18,288 nt of DNA, taken from IMG/VR virus record IMGVR_UViG_2703718771_000014; one strand, written 5' to 3'. Shown here in pieces: positions 15,621 to 18,288 of the stretch. This DNA comes from a virus. Lineage: Duplodnaviria; Heunggongvirae; Uroviricota; Caudoviricetes. Every line of letters begins with the position of its first letter. The first letter of the stretch is position 1. The notes under the pieces are model-generated. The model did not search any database. It was not told where the DNA came from and saw nothing but the letters and a program-made list of their open reading frames with translations. Both the position numbers and the translations under genes were made by a program.

Positions 15621-16171
15621 TTTACCCAACAAATACAGGCAAAAGCGGGGAACACCTTCGTCTCACCACGCTGGAAAGTGTCTGGATTCAGGGAAAACTG
15701 CGCATGTGGGGGCGCTGGTCGTATATTGGCGGCGGTAAGACGGGAAATATGTTCAACCAGTTGCTGACCTCTAAAAAGCTGACAAAAACGGCAATTAACG
15801 AGGCGCTCCGGAGGATGAAAAAAGCAGGTCTGGACAAACCTGAACTTGAGGCTTTTTTGCGGGATATGATCAACGGCAAGCAAAAAAGCTGGCTGGTGCA
15901 TTGTACTGATGCAGAGGCGTTATGCATTGATCGTGTGATTAGTGAAGTGCTGGCAGAACACCCAGGATTGATTTGTATCCTCCGGCAACGATATGAAGGG
16001 AGGGGGATGACTAAGCGAAAAATGGCTGAATTGCTGAATGATTCACACCCTGAGTGGTGTTACGCCACGTGCCGTAATCGCATAGATGCGTGGTTGAAAA
16101 TGGCAGAGTTTATGCTCTATCTGCCGATGCGTGATGCATTCTCTTCCGGGGATCTAAAAACCGTCTGTTGA
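15617..16171 (+). CDS. Putative late-gene antiterminator Q-like protein, 184 aa
   Basis: The ATG at 15617 is preceded by AGGAAGG. The 5' part of track ORF 15365..16171 is an out-of-frame overlap. The gene ends within a near-consensus promoter that is followed by a terminator, the canonical Q context. Confidence 0.55.
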   Translation: MIYPTNTGKSGEHLRLTTLESVWIQGKLRMWGRWSYIGGGKTGNMFNQLLTSKKLTKTAINEALRRMKKAGLDKPELEAFLRDMINGKQKSWLVHCTDAEALCIDRVISEVLAEHPGLICILRQRYEGRGMTKRKMAELLNDSHPEWCYATCRNRIDAWLKMAEFMLYLPMRDAFSSGDLKTVC

Positions 16172-16197
16172 CTCAATCTGTTATCCGGGGCTATATT
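16168..16197 (+). promoter_or_regulatory. Late promoter candidate (PR'-like): TTGACT-18-TATATT
   Basis: TTGACT at 16168..16173 overlaps the Q-like stop codon. TATATT at 16192..16197. A hairpin (CGCCAG-caaaat-CTGGCG) lies just downstream. Confidence 0.6.
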
Positions 16198-16258
16198 CCT
16201 CACGCGCCAGCAAAATCTGGCGTCGGGATTGGAACCCCGGATAGAGACCGCGACAGAC

Positions 16259-16280
16259 ACACGCCGCGAGCGTGTTTTTT
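16259..16280 (+). terminator. Intrinsic terminator (tR'-like) about 70 nt downstream of the late promoter
   Basis: ACACGC-CGCGA-GCGTGT followed by TTTTTT. Confidence 0.7.
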
Positions 16281-16441
16281 ATTGTCGTATGCACGCGCAC
16301 ATCTGAATTATGGTGGGGCGCATGGGGGAGCTGAAAAGCTCGCCGGTCGGTTTCCCGGTAGTTCCAACCCTGTGCGTCTCACCACCCGATGATTGGAACC
16401 TGACGGTGGTGATAGTTTAGAAACCACCAGAGGGCGTCATT

Positions 16442-16999
16442 ATGACAACTCAAATTTCTGTTGAAACTCTCTCCCCGATCACCCATAACCGGATTCCTGT
16501 TATTACCACCGAACTTTTGGCGCAGCTTTACGGCACTGAGCCGGTGCGTATTCGCCAGAATCATCATGAGAACAAAGTACGCTTCGTTGAAGGGAAACAC
16601 TTTTTCAAAGTTGTTGGTAATGACCTTAAAGAATTGCGGGTAGCTTTAAACTACTCACAAAATCCCATCTCTCCCAAAGCCCGCTCCCTTATCCTCTGGA
16701 CAGAACGCGGAGCAGCCCGCCACGCAAAAATGCTCGAAACCGATCAGGCGTGGGATGTGTTCGAAAAACTGGAAGACTGCTATTTCAGTCAAAAGGATCC
16801 GTCAGCGCCAGTTGCATGCCAGAAAAGTTACGACACGCGAGTTCTCTGTTATCAGCGAGGCGGTGTCACTGTTTCCACAATTCAGTTGCGGGATGATGAT
16901 ATTGTTATTTCCCTTGAGTCATGGCTGGAACTGGCGAGAGCCAATGGTTGGTTTGTTGTTCGCAGAGATAAACTGGTGGAAAGGCTGATGCAGCTTTAA
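16442..16999 (+). CDS. ORF6N-domain antirepressor-like protein, 185 aa
   Basis: Track ORF. The N-terminal motif LAQLYGTEPVRIRQNHHENKVRFVEGKHFFKV resembles the ORF6N consensus as I recall it. It is the first gene after the late promoter and terminator. Confidence 0.65.
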   Translation: MTTQISVETLSPITHNRIPVITTELLAQLYGTEPVRIRQNHHENKVRFVEGKHFFKVVGNDLKELRVALNYSQNPISPKARSLILWTERGAARHAKMLETDQAWDVFEKLEDCYFSQKDPSAPVACQKSYDTRVLCYQRGGVTVSTIQLRDDDIVISLESWLELARANGWFVVRRDKLVERLMQL

Positions 17000-17097
17000 A
17001 AAAGTTCTTGCAATTTTAGCCATAAACTGCTTCAATTCCGGTACGCTTCGCAAAGCTGTATCGCGAGGCGAAACGCAAGTTTTTTTCGCACAAGGAA

Positions 17098-17119
17098 GCC
17101 ACCGGAAGGTGGTTTTTTT
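17098..17119 (+). terminator. Intrinsic terminator after the ORF6N gene
   Basis: GCCACC-GGAA-GGTGGT followed by TTTTTTT. A second hairpin with a T run lies just upstream at about 17060..17090. Confidence 0.75.
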
Positions 17120-17242
17120 GTGTCCGTAATATACAGCAGCGCAATAAATTCGCTGGTGGTTATTAATACCGGTCTTTCAACTTGCTGGCTTTTTCGACAA
17201 GAGTTATTGGTATGTCACGTTAACCGGAAAAGGGAAAAAGAC

Positions 17243-17440
17243 ATGCTAAAACAGCAGGATATGACAGAAACCGCCAGAGTGGTGTTTAATGAATTAAGCG
17301 TTACCGAACCGGCGACAGTCGGGGAGATTGCGCAGAATACTTACCTTTCACGCGAACGCTGCCAGTTAATACTGACCCAGCTGGTTATGGCGGGTCTGGC
17401 AGACTATCAGTGCGGTTGTTACAGACGCATTCAGTCCTGA
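17243..17440 (+). CDS. Hypothetical small winged-helix-like protein, 65 aa from the internal ATG
   Basis: Track ORF 17120..17440. The N-terminal 41 codons read like non-coding sequence. The ATG at 17243 has only a weak SD. Confidence 0.45.
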   Translation: MLKQQDMTETARVVFNELSVTEPATVGEIAQNTYLSRERCQLILTQLVMAGLADYQCGCYRRIQS

Positions 17441-17518
17441 AGGCTTTTTATTTGTGGTAAATGGGCGGCTGGTGGGGGGGCGGCACCTGTCAGTCCTTTG
17501 CTTATGTGTTGATGATAA

Positions 17519-17549
17519 TTTACCTTTTGGGGCTATAATTGAGCTAACC
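17519..17549 (+). promoter_or_regulatory. Candidate promoter for the AraC-family gene (TTGATG-19-TATAAT)
   Basis: A perfect -10 hexamer at 17544..17549 in an A+T-rich context. The 19-nt spacer is longer than optimal. Confidence 0.4.
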
Positions 17550-17574
17550 AATTGCTAATGAAAGTAAAATTATA

Positions 17575-18288
17575 ATGGCTGTTGTCTGTTCAGTTATCAT
17601 GGTTTGCTCCCCAATTAATATTTTTCTTGAAAAGGATACGTTGTCACTTAAGCCAGGCTCAGTCGTTCTGGCCACCAAATGCATCAGGGAGCTTTTCCTT
17701 ATGCATTATGGCAAAGTTAAAATTGTCGATATAAGCGAATCCGTCGTAAGTCAATATCTGGAAAGTCAGCATAAGCTGACGAGGACTCGTCTGACTGACA
17801 TTCCGCTTTACCTGTTGCTGGAACCCAACAACCCTGCGTTGGCTGCGGCTTTAATTACCAGCCAGGGATTTTCCGGAGAGGTCACGGATATGTTTCTTAT
17901 GATGGCCTGCCTGTCTCTGTTTGAAACAGATGAACGGATGTCATTGTTTTTAAGTGGATGTTTATCCAGCATAAGTGCCAAAGTCAGGGCGATAATTCAG
18001 ACAGATATATCAGCAAGCTGGACGCTTGGTGCGATTGCTCTACAGTTGCATATGAGTGAGAGTTTGTTAAAGACAAAACTGAAAAATGAAGGGGGCATGT
18101 TCAGTCGCTTGTTGCTGGAAGAGCGGATGCGTGTTGCTGTAAATATGTTATGTTCCCGGCATGGATATGGACAGGCTATAGCAGAAAAATGCGGTTATTC
18201 AAGCAGGTCCTACTTTATTTCTGTATTTCACCGCTATTATGGCTTCCCGCCAGACAGATATGTATCCAGGCAAGGGCTTGATTATTGA
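17575..18288 (+). CDS. AraC/XylS-family transcriptional regulator, AppY/EnvY-like, 237 aa
   Basis: Track ORF. The C-terminal dual HTH region (...LLKTKLKNEGG...AEKCGYSSRSYFISVFHRYYGFPP) and the N-terminus (MAVVCSVIMVCSP...KVKIVDI) resemble K-12 AppY and EnvY as I recall them. The gene is A+T-rich and its stop is at the window end. Confidence 0.85.
   Translation: MAVVCSVIMVCSPINIFLEKDTLSLKPGSVVLATKCIRELFLMHYGKVKIVDISESVVSQYLESQHKLTRTRLTDIPLYLLLEPNNPALAAALITSQGFSGEVTDMFLMMACLSLFETDERMSLFLSGCLSSISAKVRAIIQTDISASWTLGAIALQLHMSESLLKTKLKNEGGMFSRLLLEERMRVAVNMLCSRHGYGQAIAEKCGYSSRSYFISVFHRYYGFPPDRYVSRQGLDY

Noticed and set aside
16200-16440. Possible tRNA downstream of the Q-like gene, as in Stx phages
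   Set aside because: There is no TpsiC-loop-like GTTCGAATC box and no cloverleaf-compatible arrangement. The hairpins fit a structured leader and terminator better.
16379-16600. 73-aa minus-strand ORF overlapping the ORF6N gene start
   Set aside because: It is antisense to a well-supported gene and to the upstream leader, and has no SD.

Overview
This window is the int-proximal arm of a lambdoid, Rac-like prophage of Escherichia coli, with a complete early region and cargo behind the late promoter. Minus strand, 1..7023: integrase, excisionase-like gene, ydaC-like gene, ralR, a divergent RecT-like annealing protein, recE, racC, ydaE and kilR. Then a 545-bp gene-poor region and a variable locus (7593..8880) holding a convergent 69-aa gene and a repressor-adjacent two-gene module (50 aa + 212 aa) with its own strong promoter. 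Then the immunity switch (HTH repressor, divergent Cro-like gene, YdaT-like gene), replication genes (replisome organiser with internal ori-like iterons, DnaC-like loader), and a nin-like region (frameshifted two-domain gene, small proteins, two tiny membrane peptides, a HokD toxin, DUF1367-like and Cys-rich proteins). A Q-like antiterminator is followed by a near-consensus late promoter and terminator, then cargo: an ORF6N antirepressor-like gene, a small winged-helix gene and an AppY/EnvY-like AraC regulator. No rRNA, tRNA or CRISPR array was found. The best candidate for an undescribed system is the repressor-adjacent module, whose 212-aa protein I cannot place in any family. All family assignments are from reading the translations and from memory, not from database searches.
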